Positions 28,306 through 44,598 of a stretch of 64,000 bases of DNA are shown here, piece by piece. Origin of the DNA: the human T2T-CHM13v2.0 reference genome, Homo sapiens; the NCBI RefSeq assembly GCF_009914755.1, contig NC_060934.1; one strand, given 5' to 3'. The translations under genes were made by a program, and so were the position numbers. Every line of letters begins with the position of its first letter. Positions within the stretch are counted from its first letter, which is position 1. Under the pieces are notes generated by a model. The model did not search any database and was not told the origin of the DNA. It saw nothing but the letters and a program-made list of their open reading frames with translations.

Positions 28306-30277
28306 TTAATTTAGTCAAGAATTTATGATAAACAATACTTTGAAAAATTTACATTATATTTGCTGTTTTACAATATATTTATGGATAGTTTTAGAGCTGA
28401 CACGTTACCACGTGGATTCCCTGAAAGGTTTCTCCATGGTGCTCTAGATGAGCATCTAGGAGGGAGGCCCCAGGTGCAGACAGGACGACAGGCAGCGCAG
28501 GAGGTGGGCAGCTCCCCCAGCCCACAGCTCCCTTCCTTTCCCTGGGCCCCACACCATTGCTGGTATCCAAAATGAATTCATCCCCAAAATACTGCTTCCT
28601 TATAAGGAATACAAGAAGTACTATACTTAGTTTTAGTGAGAGGGGAGAGGGAAATGAGGTACCTTAAACAAATGGTAAAATTTGGAAGCCCAGAGGACCC
28701 AAGTGACGGACTGACTGATTCTGATTACACTGGTGAGGAACCGCAGGATCTAGAAGTGACTCGCCAGGGCTCCCCCATCCTGCAGAGCTGATCAGTACTG
28801 GCTCCTCTACCCCAGGCTGCCTCGGCATCAGATGTCAGTCTGAGTCTGCTCTAAAAGCGCCACCTGCAGTCTCTTTCTTCCTGTGCTGGGTGAACAAAGG
28901 CGTGGGAAGAGATGGGCTAGTCTTCACAAGACACTTGCCAGACCCAGGCATGAGGCCAGTGAGAAAGGCCTATGGGCTGCAACCCAGCCCCAGAGGGCCA
29001 GAGCCCACTCGAGAGTCCCAGGGGAGGATGGGGCCCGAGTGTGGAGTGGTGCCCCTGAGCAGATGGCTCTCGGGTGAGGGCACCTCCCTCTGCTTCCTGG
29101 GAAGCTTCTCTTGCTACAACAGCCCTCTGCCTCTAAGTTCTGGAAAGGCCACTGCTGCCTTGCCTTGTCCCCTGGCACTGTCCAGTCTGTCCACCACAGC
29201 TGAGCTCAGCTCCTCAAGCAGGACCTGTAGCTGCATGTGTAACTGCATTCAGGGCAGCAGACGGCAGGAGCATGGGGGGCTGCCCTTCTACAGACGGAAC
29301 TCGGTGAGCAGGGCCCGTCTAGGAAAGTGCGTTGGAACCTGGGAGATTTCTGCAACAGACAGCAGTGGCCTACAGCTTCCAGTGGTGCCGACCTCAACTC
29401 CCCAGGCAGTTCCTCCCTCCTCCTGGGAGCAATGAGACTTCCCCGGACAAGGTCAGCTACTGGCCTGAGGCAGGAGGGCGGCCTTAGGGGAGCTCCCGAG
29501 GATATCTCTCCCCTGGGAGCTGGGAAGAAGAAGGCGAGGGAGGCAAGGGCACAGCCAACCTGGCAAAGATCCTGACAGGCCCCCGGCCTCCCCATGCTAC
29601 CTCTTTGCTCCCTCTTTGCCTCAGCCCACTCAGAACACAGAAGGGAGAGAGGGCATAGAGAAGGAAAGGGGAAAATGGAGCAAGACGTGCAGATAGAAGA
29701 CAGAAGCGTGCAAGCACGATGCCAGAAACTGAAGCCCAGCCCTCGGGCTGAGCAAGATGAAGATGGCTCTGCGGTGAGGGAGCTAGACCTGCCAGAAGGC
29801 CCCCCACAGCTGACCCCTGACAGGCAGCAGCCAGTGGGGTGGCGGGGCCAATCCCCAGGGTGCCTCACTGCCCACCCCTCCTGGCCTGCTCTTGCCGGTG
29901 GAGAGTGCTCTCTTATCCATGAAGCCAGACCAACTTGAGAAGGAGCTGAGGATTTCAGCTCTCAGAGCTGATGGGGCAGCCGCGGGGGCTCTCTCCTGCC
30001 TGCTGACTCGGAACAGGGCCTGGAAAAGATCCCTGCCTCAGCTGACAGGTGCACTTGATGCCCAGTCAACACCCCCTGTGGAGGATGGAGGCGGGCTCCA
30101 GGCTGAATGGCTCGCCTGAGTGCTGGGAATGCGGTGGTTGCCGCAAGGACGTCAGGCCTGGAGGTCTCATTGCTGGACGCCAGCACCACAGGGAACTCAG
30201 GTGTTCTTTGTGCATCTCTGTGCTTTCTATATTTCTACAAACAGTCTTCACGATTAACTTCAAAGATCTCAAAACTT

Positions 30278-30585
30278 GGCCAGGCGCAGTGGTTCAGGCC
30301 TGTAATCCTAGCACTTTGGGAGGCCAAGGTGGGTGGATCACCTGAGGTCAGGAATTCGAGACTAGCCTGGCCAACAGAGCGAAACCCCGTCTCTACTAAA
30401 AATACAAAAATTAGCTGGGCGTACTGGCAAGTGTCTATAATCCCAGCTACTCAGGAGGCTGAGGCAAGAGGATCGCTGGAACCCGGCAGGTGGAGGTTGT
30501 AGTGAGCCGAGATCGTGCCACTTCACTCCAGCCTGGGCAAAAGAGGGAAACCACATCTCAAAAAAAGAAAGAAAGAAAAAAGAAA
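30278..30585 (+). mobile_element. Alu with TSD atctcaaaact
   Basis: Dimer consensus plus direct repeat. Confidence 0.95.
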
Positions 30586-31024
30586 ATCTCAAAACTCCAT
30601 CCACACGGGCTCGCTGTTATTCCCCAGGCGTGTGTCTGACATTCTGTGACATTTCAGAGCAGTTACTGACTCGGTCATTTTCCAAGTTTCCTTCTTCATC
30701 ATTTTGTTTTCCTTATTTGATATTGACATTTTCCCCAAAAAATTATGTGCTCAGATACCAGGATGTGAACATGAGTTCACGGTTTTTCTAGGATGATTAC
30801 CGAATTCTAATGCATTATCTTTACTTATTAAAAATTTATTCTAATAGGCTTTTCAAAAATTTCATTGCAGTAAATATTTCTCTTCACACTGGCTTTTGCC
30901 TCAAGGGTCTGGAGAAGTCTTGGTGGTTCCTTGTATGAAATTCCCATTACTTGGCTGGCCCATTTTTACCCACAGAAACAGTTTAATGAGGTTCACCCTA
31001 ATCCTAACAGAGGAGTAAGATTCA

Positions 31025-31884
<860 letters not shown>

Positions 31885-32939
31885 CTACCACTGCCCAGGC
31901 CTGACGAGGAGTTGCTGTCGGTTGAAAGACATGCTGGTCACCCCCTGGGCATCACCTGCCTCACACTTGGTACAGCAGGACCTGGTAGTAATGATCCAAT
32001 GCATACCAGCCCTGCCAATCTGCCTGACCTTTAAACGCCTTGCTTTTTGCTTCTCATAAACCACCTTTGAAAGCTGCATTCTAACTGACCTGCACAGAAA
32101 GGCAGAATAGAGGGATGTGAATATCTGAGAACTATTCTGATAGGAAAAAAATCTGCTGTGATCAAGTCTAGAAGCTCTAATCAGAGCCACACACAACACA
32201 GACTGAAGGGAATCTCCATGGGCCCATCCAAGCCCCCGCAGGGCTCAGCTAGACCTAGGGCAAGGAGCTCCGCGATGAGGAGAGGTTGACAGGTAGGAAG
32301 GAGACAGAAAATCCACATTGGCCACCCAGGAGTTGAGCTAGGTGGCCCAATCTAGTGCTACCAAACATCCCAGCCCCCCAACCCTGGAGGTGTGGCCCCC
32401 AGAGAGCAAGGCTTTAGGAGAAGAATGTTGGGCTCAGCCTACTAGCACATCTTCCCAGCAGGAGCCTGAAATACTTTTTCAAGAGCAGACTCGTGAGATG
32501 CACACTGCTGGTGAAAAAGGGCCCCTGAGGGTGCTCTTCCAGACACAAGAGGCCTAACGTATCTATGGCTTTGGGAACTTGGCCTTGGTATCTTGCTTCA
32601 TAATAAGCAAGTCCTTGAGATATCACTGACTTCAGCATGGGACTGATCTGCAATTACGTAGCAATGGGTTTGGGTGTGAGTGTTGGTGTGTAAGCTCCGG
32701 GCAGCCATGACTGTGTCTGGGTCTCCCTCCCGCCTTGTCCCCTGTAATCCAGACTAGAGCTGGGCATTAAGCATGAGCTCAGGCAGTGTCTGATAACCCA
32801 GCTTGCACTTAGGCCTCCAGTGAGAAGCCATTTACTCCAACTCAGGAGGCTTCTAATCCGGACACCACGCACTCTGCAGCCCCTCTTCCCGGGATGCTGT
32901 AGGAGAGGCTGAAAGCCAGCCACCGGCCCACCCACCTAC

Positions 32940-33252
32940 CTGCCGCAGCGCCTCCATCTCCTCATTGGCCGCCTTCTTCTCAGATGTGCTGCTCTTGAGC
33001 TTGGACTCGGCCAGCTCCACTTCGGTCTGCAGCTTGTCCAGCTCAGAGATGACCTGGTCACGCTCACTCATGATGAGCTTGTACTCGCTGTACACAGCGT
33101 CCCGCTCCTCCCTGTATTTCTCCGACTCCTTTGCTGTCTTCACCTGCGTGGTTCTCAGCTCGGTCAGCTCTGACTGCAGCAGCTCCATCTCCCACTGCAG
33201 GTCCTTGTTCTGCGCCGTGGCCTTGTTCAGCTCATGGTGGATCGCCTCAAAC
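32940..33252 (-). CDS. DLG5: DLG5 exon 7 (313 bp), FEAIHHELNK...EEMEALRQ, coiled coil
   Basis: ttgccag|GTTTG...GGCAG|gtaggt; ORF 32853..33188. Confidence 0.96.
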
Positions 33253-34505
33253 CTGGCAAGAGAGGTGGCGAGATGTGGGAAGGGCGGGGGCCCTGCCCGG
33301 TCAGTGGCCGGCTGCGCTGCTGCCTCCCGCCAGCTCTACTGTGCTGGACAGTCAAGCGTGAAGTTTCAAGTGAAGTCACTCTCTCCACCCCCAGGAGAGA
33401 AAAGTCATGGAGTACCAGTGCCCCCGGACCTGGAATTTTTCTCAGCCCTTTACAAATGCCAGGAGTTGAACTGAGGACTTCATGCCCTCCACTCCACTAG
33501 AAACAACAGCATATTTCTCCCACAGTCAAGCCACATTAATTTTTTAAAATAATAAAAACAAAACAATGCCAGGATAACAGCATAAAGAGGCCTTAACGAT
33601 CATTTAGTCAAACCGCCTCATTTCACAGATACGAACAGTACAGCCCTGTGACAAGGTCATCAAGTTCGCTCGAAGAGCACAGCTCTGTCCTTCCAGGCCG
33701 GGGGGCATCTTCCACACAGGCAGCCTGCAAATCAGAGCCCATGGCTCCAGACCAGCAATTCTCAGTGTGCTCCATAGACACCGGTTCTGCATGGAGCTCC
33801 ATTACCCCCAAAAAAGTATATTATCTGATGACTTATGTTTGGGAAACTCTGCATCTTGGCCCCCTCTTGGAGAGTCTGTCTACTGCACAACACCACGCTG
33901 AAGGCTCTGAGAAGTCCTGCAGCAGAGACATCTGTCTGGGTTCAACCTGGCAATGCTCAAACCTATTTATCCCCAAAGAGCACTTTTCATGTGAAACTGC
34001 TACATGCCCCAGAGAACTGGTGATTCACAGGCACATCCTCTACAAAACACTGTTTGAGGGCATATATCACATCTCTAAAGATGACAGAAGACACATGCCC
34101 CAGATAATTAACTTTCCTATTTGCTAGGTGGGTGACTGCCACAGAGGGGAGAGGCACATGACAGTGACCAAAGAAACAGGATGCTCAGAACACACCAGTA
34201 TTTATTAAGTATTGTGCAGAGCAGTTAACACAGCAGACCCGAGATTTCTACACGCTCAGAAAGGCCCGCTTGCAAGGCTAACCACTGAATGGTGTCCGTG
34301 AACCCGAAGGTAAACAGGGATGTTCAGATGGGAAGAGGGAGCCACGATTCCCAAGACACATTCAGTGTCAAAAAAAAATGTTTCCTGGTCAGAAGCATTT
34401 TTTGATTGAAAAAGCACAATAACTCATGCTGTTCTCATCCCCTGGTGGTGGCTGGGAACCTTATAGGACCCATTTGCCCCCGGCCCCCGATGGCCCTAGC
34501 CCTAC

Positions 34506-34765
34506 CTCCTCAGGGAGAGGGCGCACTGGTGCTGCAGCTGGATGGCCGTGTCCCTCTGCTGGGTCAGCATCTCTGTCTGCTTCAGCAACCGCTGGTTCTC
34601 CTCCCCCAGCTGCTCCAGGCGGCTCAGGTCTGCATTGTGGATGGCGACTTTCTCACTGTACCTCTTCCGAAGGGCGTCATAGTCCTTCTTGACCACCTCC
34701 AACTTGTCCATGGCCGTGTCATACAGTTTGTTGAGAATCTCGGATGACCCGTTGTGCTTCAACAC
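34506..34765 (-). CDS. DLG5: DLG5 exon 6 (260 bp), VLKHNGSSEIL...QCALSLRR, coiled coil
   Basis: ctccag|GTGTT...GGAG|gtaggg; ORF 34502..34786. Confidence 0.96.
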
Positions 34766-34989
34766 CTGGAGACCAGACAGTTTCACTTACCAAGGGTCTG
34801 TGGGAGGTGGCGGAGGAGACCTCCCACTCTCACTTTTGTCTATCTGAGGGTGAGACTGATGACAAGGCGGTTGGGGGGAGGGGGTTACCCTAAAGCTTTT
34901 GAGAGTCTTGAGGTCCAATTCTCCAGGCCCTGCAGTCACACTGGGCTGATTCATTTAGATTCACTCAGTCACAACTATTTACTAAGTAC

Positions 34990-35621
34990 TGTGCAGAACA
35001 GTTAACACAGCTGACCTGAGACTTCTATATCCTTAGAAAGGCCTGCTTGCAAGGTTGACCCTACCGAATGGCGTCTAGGAACCCGAACAGTAAACAGTTC
35101 TCTAGGCTGATGTAAAACTTTTCTTCCGGTGATATAAGCAGCTCTGGTACTGAGCCTGTACAAATAAAGTGGCTTATGCTGAACACCTGCTTTCTACTGG
35201 GAGTCCAGAATCTGGGTACATGGCAGGCAGAAGTTCCTACATGACCAGCCCCCAATAAGACACTTGAGCACTGAGTCTCTAATGGGCCTCCGTGGAGGCC
35301 AGCACTTCTTGTGTGTTGTTGTGATTCCATGCTGGAGGAATTAAGTGCCTCCGGTGAAACTCCACCAGGAGAGGATTCTTGGAAACTCAGGCCCAGTTTC
35401 CCCTGGACTTTGCCTCACGCGCCTTTCCCCCTTTGCCGACTTTGCTCTGTGTACTTTTGTTGTAATAAATGTCAGCCATTGAGTATAATTACATACTGAA
35501 TCTTTTGAGTCCTCCCAGAAAGTGACATAGCCCAGAATCAGGTTATGTAAATCGGACCTAAAGACTCTCAAAAGCCCTAGGGTGACCCTCCATGGTGTAG
35601 GGTCCCCCCGCATCCCATGCA
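34990..35621 (+). mobile_element. MER21-like solo LTR inserted in an L2 tail
   Basis: TG...CA ends with 5-bp TSD agtac (34985-34989 and 35622-35626); starts tgtgcagaacagttaacacag...tccttagaaaggcctgcttgcaaggttg as in my recalled MER21 consensus. Confidence 0.8.
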
Positions 35622-36170
35622 AGTACCTAATATGTCTAGCACTGGTCTAGGGGCTGGTGATGCCAGACAGGACAGAAAGACGCTGTGCCCTGTGGGCCTT
35701 TTATCCTAATTTGGAGGGTGTGGACACACAGATAGGCCAAATAAAGTAACTTCAGAGCAAGGTAAGAACTATCAAGAAAATAAAAAATAAAACAGAATAA
35801 TGGGCTGGAGAGAGCCATCTGAGCAGCAGAGTGGAGGTCTGTGAGGGAGGCTAAGGCTGAAGAGGCTTCTTGAAGAAGGTGACTTCAGAGGCAAATGAAG
35901 AAGAGCAGCGAGAGCACACTGGGCAGAGAGGGGGGCAGGGTCAAAGGCCCAGAGGCAGGGCCTGCAGGCGTGTTCTAGAGACAGAGAGGGGCAAGGCGGA
36001 GTAGCAAGAGCCCAATGCACAGGGGGAGGTGGGTTCAAAGGGGACCTGGAGAAGTGGGTGTGGGCATGGGGGTGGCCATGGCCGCAGGCCTCACAGTGAA
36101 GACTGTCTCCTGAGTGAGACAGGAAGCTGTGGAGGGTTTTAAGCTAGACAGCATTCTACTCTAAATGACA
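35622..36170 (-). mobile_element. L2 fragment (resumes after the LTR)
   Basis: tcactcagtcacaactatttactaagtac|...|ctaatatgtctagcactgg reconstitutes the L2 3' end. Confidence 0.7.
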
Positions 36171-36624
36171 GGCACTAAAGTTCATTTGGGGTGCTGTTAT
36201 AGAGAAAAAAACAAACCAAGAAGATGAGTTAAGAGGTTGCCAGGGGGGCTGCTGGCTTTGGCTAAGCACCTCATGGGATCTGAGCCCTGGGGTGAGTCAC
36301 TCCACCTCTCTGGGTTTCAGCTTCCGGATTCCTCAAATGCCCAGGCTAGACCAGGAAAGCTTGTCTGGCCCTTCCAGCTCCAACAGCCGAGGAATCCCCT
36401 GGCTCATTCAGTGGCAGCCTGGTTTATCAAGCGTTTGCAGCCTAGAGAACCAGAAGCTGGGACGATGGAACACTCCCTTTGGAATTAGGGTCAGCTCTCA
36501 ATAAACACGAAAAACACAAAAAGCAAAAGAGGGCTTAATTTAAAAGTCAGAATCATAGCAACAAGAAAGTAAGGTCTTCCTCTAAGACCTAAGCATTAGA
36601 TTCTAGGACTGTAGACTCTTAAAG

Positions 36625-36750
36625 AGGAAGTCAAGGAAGAGGGAGAAATGGAGGGAAGGAGGGAAGAAGGGAAGGAAGGAAGGAAGGGGAGGAGAAAGAG
36701 AAAGAGAGAGAAAGAAAGGGAAAGGAGGGAGGGAGAGAGGGAGGGAGGAT
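36625..36750. repeat. Polypurine (GGAA/GA-rich) low-complexity tract
   Basis: About 100 nt of almost pure A/G. Confidence 0.9.
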
Positions 36751-36878
36751 TGGTTCATTTCAGGCTCATTCTTTTTCCTTTATTTATTTTTAAAGCAGAA
36801 CATTTTCTTTCAAGGGAAATCTTACTAGTACACCAAAAATACAGAACTTATTTTAAAAAGCAGTACACAGGTATCTCA

Positions 36879-37768
<890 letters not shown>

Positions 37769-38639
37769 TTACCTCAAATGTTTTACTGTCTAAACATCCC
37801 CTAAGCCAAGTGAGAACCCCATTGGCTCCAAATGAGTCTGCTTTGCTGGGGAACAAAGGAGGCTGTCATTGCCTGAGTTCCCCACAAGGTGGCAGCCGCG
37901 GGGAGACGAGCCAACGCTCTCCTGCAGCGGCTTCCCGCCTTCCCAGCTCAGAAACAAACTCATTCCAAAGGCAGCCTTGAAATGACACAAAGCCCGGTTC
38001 TGGGTGGTAGCCCGCAGAGCCCACCTCCACAAGTGCTCGGCAGAATCAGGAGTCTATACCATGGTTTGGCCTCTTTGCAGTCCCCTGAATGGCTAACCTT
38101 GAGGGGCCTGGATCCGGGCCTGTGTGACAATCCAGGGATGATTCAGGGCCGTGTGAATCAGGCTGCCAGCAAGGGCCGTGAGAGTGGGCCACGAATTCCC
38201 AGTGCGACAGGGTGGGTCACAGACCTCGAGGTCCTTTCAGCTGCTCCCCCCAGCCTTCATAACATGGTAGGATCCTCGGGTCAGAAGACCGAGAGAGAGA
38301 GATCAGGCCCCGTACTGCTTGCTTCCACCACGATGACGGCCACCCTCGGCCTGCTCCACAAGTGAAAGCTCCTTGGGATAGGGTCGTGCTCACCAGGAGC
38401 TACTCCGCCTCCCTGCAACTCCTAACCTCTGGTTCTCACTCTAGCCTTGGAGTCAAACAGAATAACCTGTTCCCACAGGGCAGCATCCAGATACTCAAAG
38501 AGGCTCGCAGGCCCCAAACACTTCTCACCCTTTCTCTACAAACAGGACTCAGTGCCAGGCCTGTACTATGTAACCAACAGCCTCTGAACAAAGCTGGGGA
38601 ACCAGGTCATGGTTAACTCCGGAGAATCCAAAAAACTAA

Positions 38640-39066
<427 letters not shown>

Positions 39067-40944
39067 TGAGAGTCAACTTCTCCACTCAGGCAGGCAGCAG
39101 TCTTTAGAGATGATGTCCCTCCAGCCTGAGCACGGGACAGTTGGCCTGTGAGTTCAAGGGGCTTAGGAGAAATGGGTGGAAGTTGCACAGGGGAGGCACA
39201 AAGACAGCCACAGTCTAAGCTGTTCCCTGCAGGGAGGCCAGGAAGAGACCAACCCTCCTACCTGTACCCTACATTGGTCAGAACACTCCTCTGTGGGCTT
39301 CTCTGTAAGGGATGCCCTTCAGCAACCAGGAAACCCCTCTCCTCTCTTCCTTCCTCCAGGCCCATCAAAGGGCATTCATTCAGGATACCTGGGACAAGAA
39401 AATCAACTTTCATGAATTACAAGAGAAAGTATATTTTAAAGACAGGGGAAAGGGCAAGGAGGAGGAGAGAGAAGACTCTCGGGGCCTGAGAGGTTTCCCA
39501 AATAGATTAGCAGGACCTAGGAGAACATGTGCACTGCCCTGGTCCCAGGAATTCTACCTGTAAGGCTCAAACTTCAAAACATGTGTGCAAAAGAACACAA
39601 AGACATGTGTGTCCACTGAAACATGGTTTGTAACATGGGAAGATGTTGACCACCAAGACGCTCCACACAGAATTCGATTAACACCTGACAGACAACAAAA
39701 CAAGCAAGGACCTTTTTGTATGTGCAAATTCACAGAAAATGTAAGGAAACCCATGATATATTGTAGGATTTTTTTTTAAAGCAGGTTTCAGGGAATAAAA
39801 ATTAAACTATATGGGTATTAAATGTGACATTAAAAAAAAAATCTACAAGGATACACATCCATCCCAATGGTTTACACAGAGGATGGTCATTTCCACAAAG
39901 CTAGGCTGGATCTGAGTAGGTGGGTGGCTGCCCACATTGGTTGAAGATTTTTTTTCTATTTTAACTAAAGAATACACACTATTTTAGTAAAGAAAAAAGA
40001 TGCAAAAACACCCTCTACTTAGATTCCCCAACCAAGCCTTGTCAGGGTCTTCTGGGCATTCTTGACACAGCCTAGAAGAATCCAAGAAGGTGCACTCGGA
40101 CTGCCCAAACCCAGAGATGGGGATGCCAGGCAGAGGCCCTCCCCAGCAAAACACACATATGGACAAAACACCTGTGTGCTGCTCTCAACCATGGCGCCCC
40201 CTCCCCTAGGGCTGCCTCATTTCCTCTGAGATAAATCATGCAGAGGGCCGGGAAGCCCCACAAATCCCTCAAGCAAACACTCAAGTCAAACAGCACCATT
40301 TACCCTGCAAGGGCCTCTTCAAGTTTACAAGGCGTGGGAGGAACCCGGCAACAAAACTGCCCTTGTCCAGAGAGGTTGACCTTTGCCCTTGGGCCCAGCG
40401 GGGAGCAAGCCTGTGGCCATCCCCTTATCCCCGCTTCCTCTGCTGCTGGCCTACTGCCACCTGAGCATCCCACAGCCAGGCATCCACTCCACGCCTGATG
40501 AAGGCAAGGGGGCCCAGGATGCCAGGACGCGGGGCTGGTCGCCCAGCAGCTCTGAGATGCTCCCAGCCCTGCTCCCTGTGGCAGCCAGGCCTCTTCTCCT
40601 GGTGGGGTCTGGAGGTGGTGTTTGCTGAGAGGCACTGGTCCAGCTGAACTGACCTGGGGGACCCCAATGACCAGGATGCATCCCCACCCCCGCCCCTGCT
40701 GCCAAGGACCACAACGGTAGGAAAAGGAGAGCAGGGAATGGGCTGCAAGGTGGGGGAAGAAGACCCTCCCCTGTGAGGCAGACAGGAAAGGGAGAGGGGG
40801 ACAGGGGTGGGAGGGAGACCTCAGTCTGAATGTCTGTAAAGCTGAGCAGGTGCTCAAGAAAGTCAGAGAACGGGAGACAAGGAAACTTTACGCTTCTTGA
40901 GGGCAGAGTGCTCCTTCTAAAAAAATAATATTTTCAATTAAACA

Positions 40945-41061
40945 ATTTCTTGTAGAGATAGTCTATGTTGCCCAGGCTGATCTTGGACTCCTGGAATCAA
41001 GGGATCCTCCTGCTCCTTCCAAAGTGCTGGGATTACAGGTGTGAGCCACTGTACCCAGACT
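40945..41061 (-). mobile_element. Alu monomer (FLAM-like)
   Basis: gttgcccaggctgatcttg...aaagtgctgggattacaggtgtgagccac. Confidence 0.85.
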
Positions 41062-41099
41062 GGATTTCTCTATTTATGACAAGGTGAAATTCTGAGTCT

Positions 41100-41740
41100 T
41101 TTTTTTTCCTCTCTGAGTTATAATTTACATACCACACAAAGTATGCAATTCAGTGTTTAATATATTCACAAGGTTATGAATCCACAAAGTTGTGCAGCCA
41201 CTACCACTATCTAATTCCAGAACATTTTTATCACCCCAAAAAGAAACCAATACCCATCAGCAGTCACTTCCCAAACCCCAAGCCCAAGACAGCCACAAAT
41301 CTGCTTTGTGTCTACATAGATTTCCCTGTTGTGGACATTTCATGTACCTGGAATCATAGTTTGTGGTCTTTTTGCTGGTTTCTTTCATTGGCTGTCATGT
41401 TTTTGAAGTTCATCCACACTATAGCATGGATCAGTACTGCATTCCTTGTTATGCTGAATAATATTCCATTGTATGGATAGATCACATTTTATTTATCCAT
41501 TCATCGGTCAGTAGACCTTTGGGTTGTTACCGGTTTTGGGCTGCTATGAATATTCACACCTCAAGTTTCTGTGTGGACGTATATTTTCAGTTCTCCTGGA
41601 CACCTAGGAGTGTCGCTGGGAGGTCACCTGTTAGCTCTGTTTAGTTTTTTGAGGAATCACTAGGCTGCCTTTCACAGTGGCTGTATCATTTATTCCCACC
41701 AACAACATATGCAGGTCCCAATTTCTACACATCCTGGATG
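41100..41740 (-). mobile_element. L1M 3' fragment
   Basis: ttgtgcagccactaccact...ttccagaacattttt...aataatattccattgtatggata typical of antisense L1MB. Confidence 0.8.
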
Positions 41741-43151
41741 AGGCAGATTTAAACCCAGACTTGACAGGATTAGAATAATATCATTAACGACCACAACACT
41801 GACTGAGCGCCTCATACACACGGGCACGCGGCGCCAGTGCCTTCTACGCAGTGTCTTCATGACAGCCATACAGACCAATTCTCCTACACTGAGATGTGCC
41901 AACCTCGCGCTTTCTAGCAAGGCTGTGGGGCTTCCCTTGGACCGAGGTGGAGCCACATACACCTCTGAAATGATGATTCTCTCAAGGAAGTATAGAATCC
42001 AAACTAAACCCCAAGGCAAAAGGTTACCTGAGCCAAGCGTAGACCAAGAAGAACAAACTGCCGGCAGGCAAAACAGCAAGAAAACAAAGCACACAGCAGG
42101 GTGTAGGTAAAGGCCGGGAGAGGCCGCCTGCCCTCAGGTGGGGGAAGTTACCACGCACCCCAGGGCAGAGAAGGGGCTCAAACCCTTAGAGGGCCATCCC
42201 CTCGGGCAGCTTCCTGGGAGCTTTGTTTCGACACAGCACCGCCATCCTTACCTGCTTCACACGCAAGATTCCTCCAAAGGATTTCTTTTGAGGTTAAAAA
42301 TATTTTTGCCTCTTTAGAAACTGAAAACCTACAGTCTTTAAATCTGTTTGCTCCAGGAAGCTCCACTGACATGCACAAGGAAGGGTCCCTGCAGGGGGAA
42401 TGGGTTGTGGGCAGTACTGACCAGAGCTAGCACGGCACTTTCTACTCTCTCATTTCATCCTTAGAGAAATGCTCCAAGAGCACCACCCCCACCTCCTGAA
42501 TCTATAAAGGGTGGGAAGCATGTTGTCACAGCTTCTCTGTGCCATGCAGCAGGTGCGAGAAGGGACAGTCTTCCTGCTGCCGGCTTTCCATTACCAAGGC
42601 TCAGTCAAGACCTATGGGCTAAATACCAACTTTTGCCCCAGCCACTGGGCCTGACCTCACACGACCAATTCCCCTAATCAGAGGGCACATAAAAAATACT
42701 TCTAATAGCTCCAAGTATATCCATCTTAGGGTCTCTTGCTGAGCCTGCCCTGGTTACTCCACATAAAACCTCAATCAATATCGGAGAAAGGAAAATAAAC
42801 AGCAACTTTTTCAACAGAAGCAAGTTTTTCAATGGAATACAGTTTCATTGGAATATGGAATACTCCTTTTATCTAAACAATTAAACCTTAAAGCCATTAG
42901 GCAAAGCAGAGCAAGACAAGGACCTACACTAGGGCAGGTCGCCCCAGAGGGGATATCACAGCTGGCATGGAAAGAGGAGTGGGTCCTGGCATGGCATGAG
43001 GAGACCAGGCCTGACAGAGAGAAGGCATGGGGTGGAAGAGCCCACAAAGGGTCAGGAGGAGATGGGAACAGGATGGGGGACTGCAGAGGGCATGGGAGGC
43101 AGCTACACATGGGGGATTGACCAAGTAAACAAATTAAGAATAACAGGAATT

Positions 43152-43771
<620 letters not shown>

Positions 43772-44049
43772 TTGTCACTGATGTTTTTAAAGGAAGTTAC
43801 AAAAATAAAAGAGGTGGAAACCAAAATGAACCTGTGGTCTTGGATTAGAATTGAAAATGTCAATGCGAACTCATGGCTTTCAATCTACCTGTCTGATATA
43901 GAAATACAGATATACATATGTGTATGTATGTATGTATATGTGCCTGTGTGTATGTGTACACTTAGCTACTCCCTACTTCTTTCCACTAAGAGGGCCGGGA
44001 AACAGTGCCAACCCAAGCTACAAGCACATCCAGCAATTGGTTGGCTGTG

Positions 44050-44327
44050 TTTTTTTTATCAGAGACAGCGTCTCACTCCTTCGCCCAAGCTGGGGTGCAG
44101 TGGCATGATCATAGCTCACTATAACCTCAGATTCCTGGGCTCCAATGATCCTCCTGCCTCAACCTCCTGAGTAGCTAGGACTACAGGTGTGCCACCATGT
44201 CCAGCTAATTTTTTTTTTTTTTTTGTAGAGATGGGATCTTGCCATGTTGCCCAGGCTCATCTCAAGCAATCTCTCACCTTGGTCTTCCAAAGCGCTGGGA
44301 TCACAGATGTGAGCCAACGTGCCCGGC
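44050..44327 (-). mobile_element. Alu (J-like)
   Basis: Reverse consensus. Confidence 0.9.
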
Positions 44328-44414
44328 CCAGCATTTACTTCTCAATACTATTCTCCATTAAAAGGAATGAGGACTACTTGGGAGAAATGGCCAGTCTCCA
44401 GGGGCTGGGCCTAC

Positions 44415-44598
44415 CTGCTGCTGCTGGGCACGGAGGTCACCGATCTCCTTCTGGTCCTCCTCGTGGAGCCGCTTCATGTCCTCCCATGACTGCTGCAGCA
44501 GGTTTCGCTCCCGCAGCAGCTGCCCATTCTCCCGCCTCAGCATGTCCACGTCATCCTTCAGCCGAGTCTGGTCACTCAGGAGCCGGCTGTGGAGTGTG
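44415..44598 (-). CDS. DLG5: DLG5 exon 5 (184 bp), TLHSRLLSDQ...DLRAQQQQ, coiled coil
   Basis: tttcag|CACAC...CAGCAG|gtaggc; ORF 44358..44549. Confidence 0.96.
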
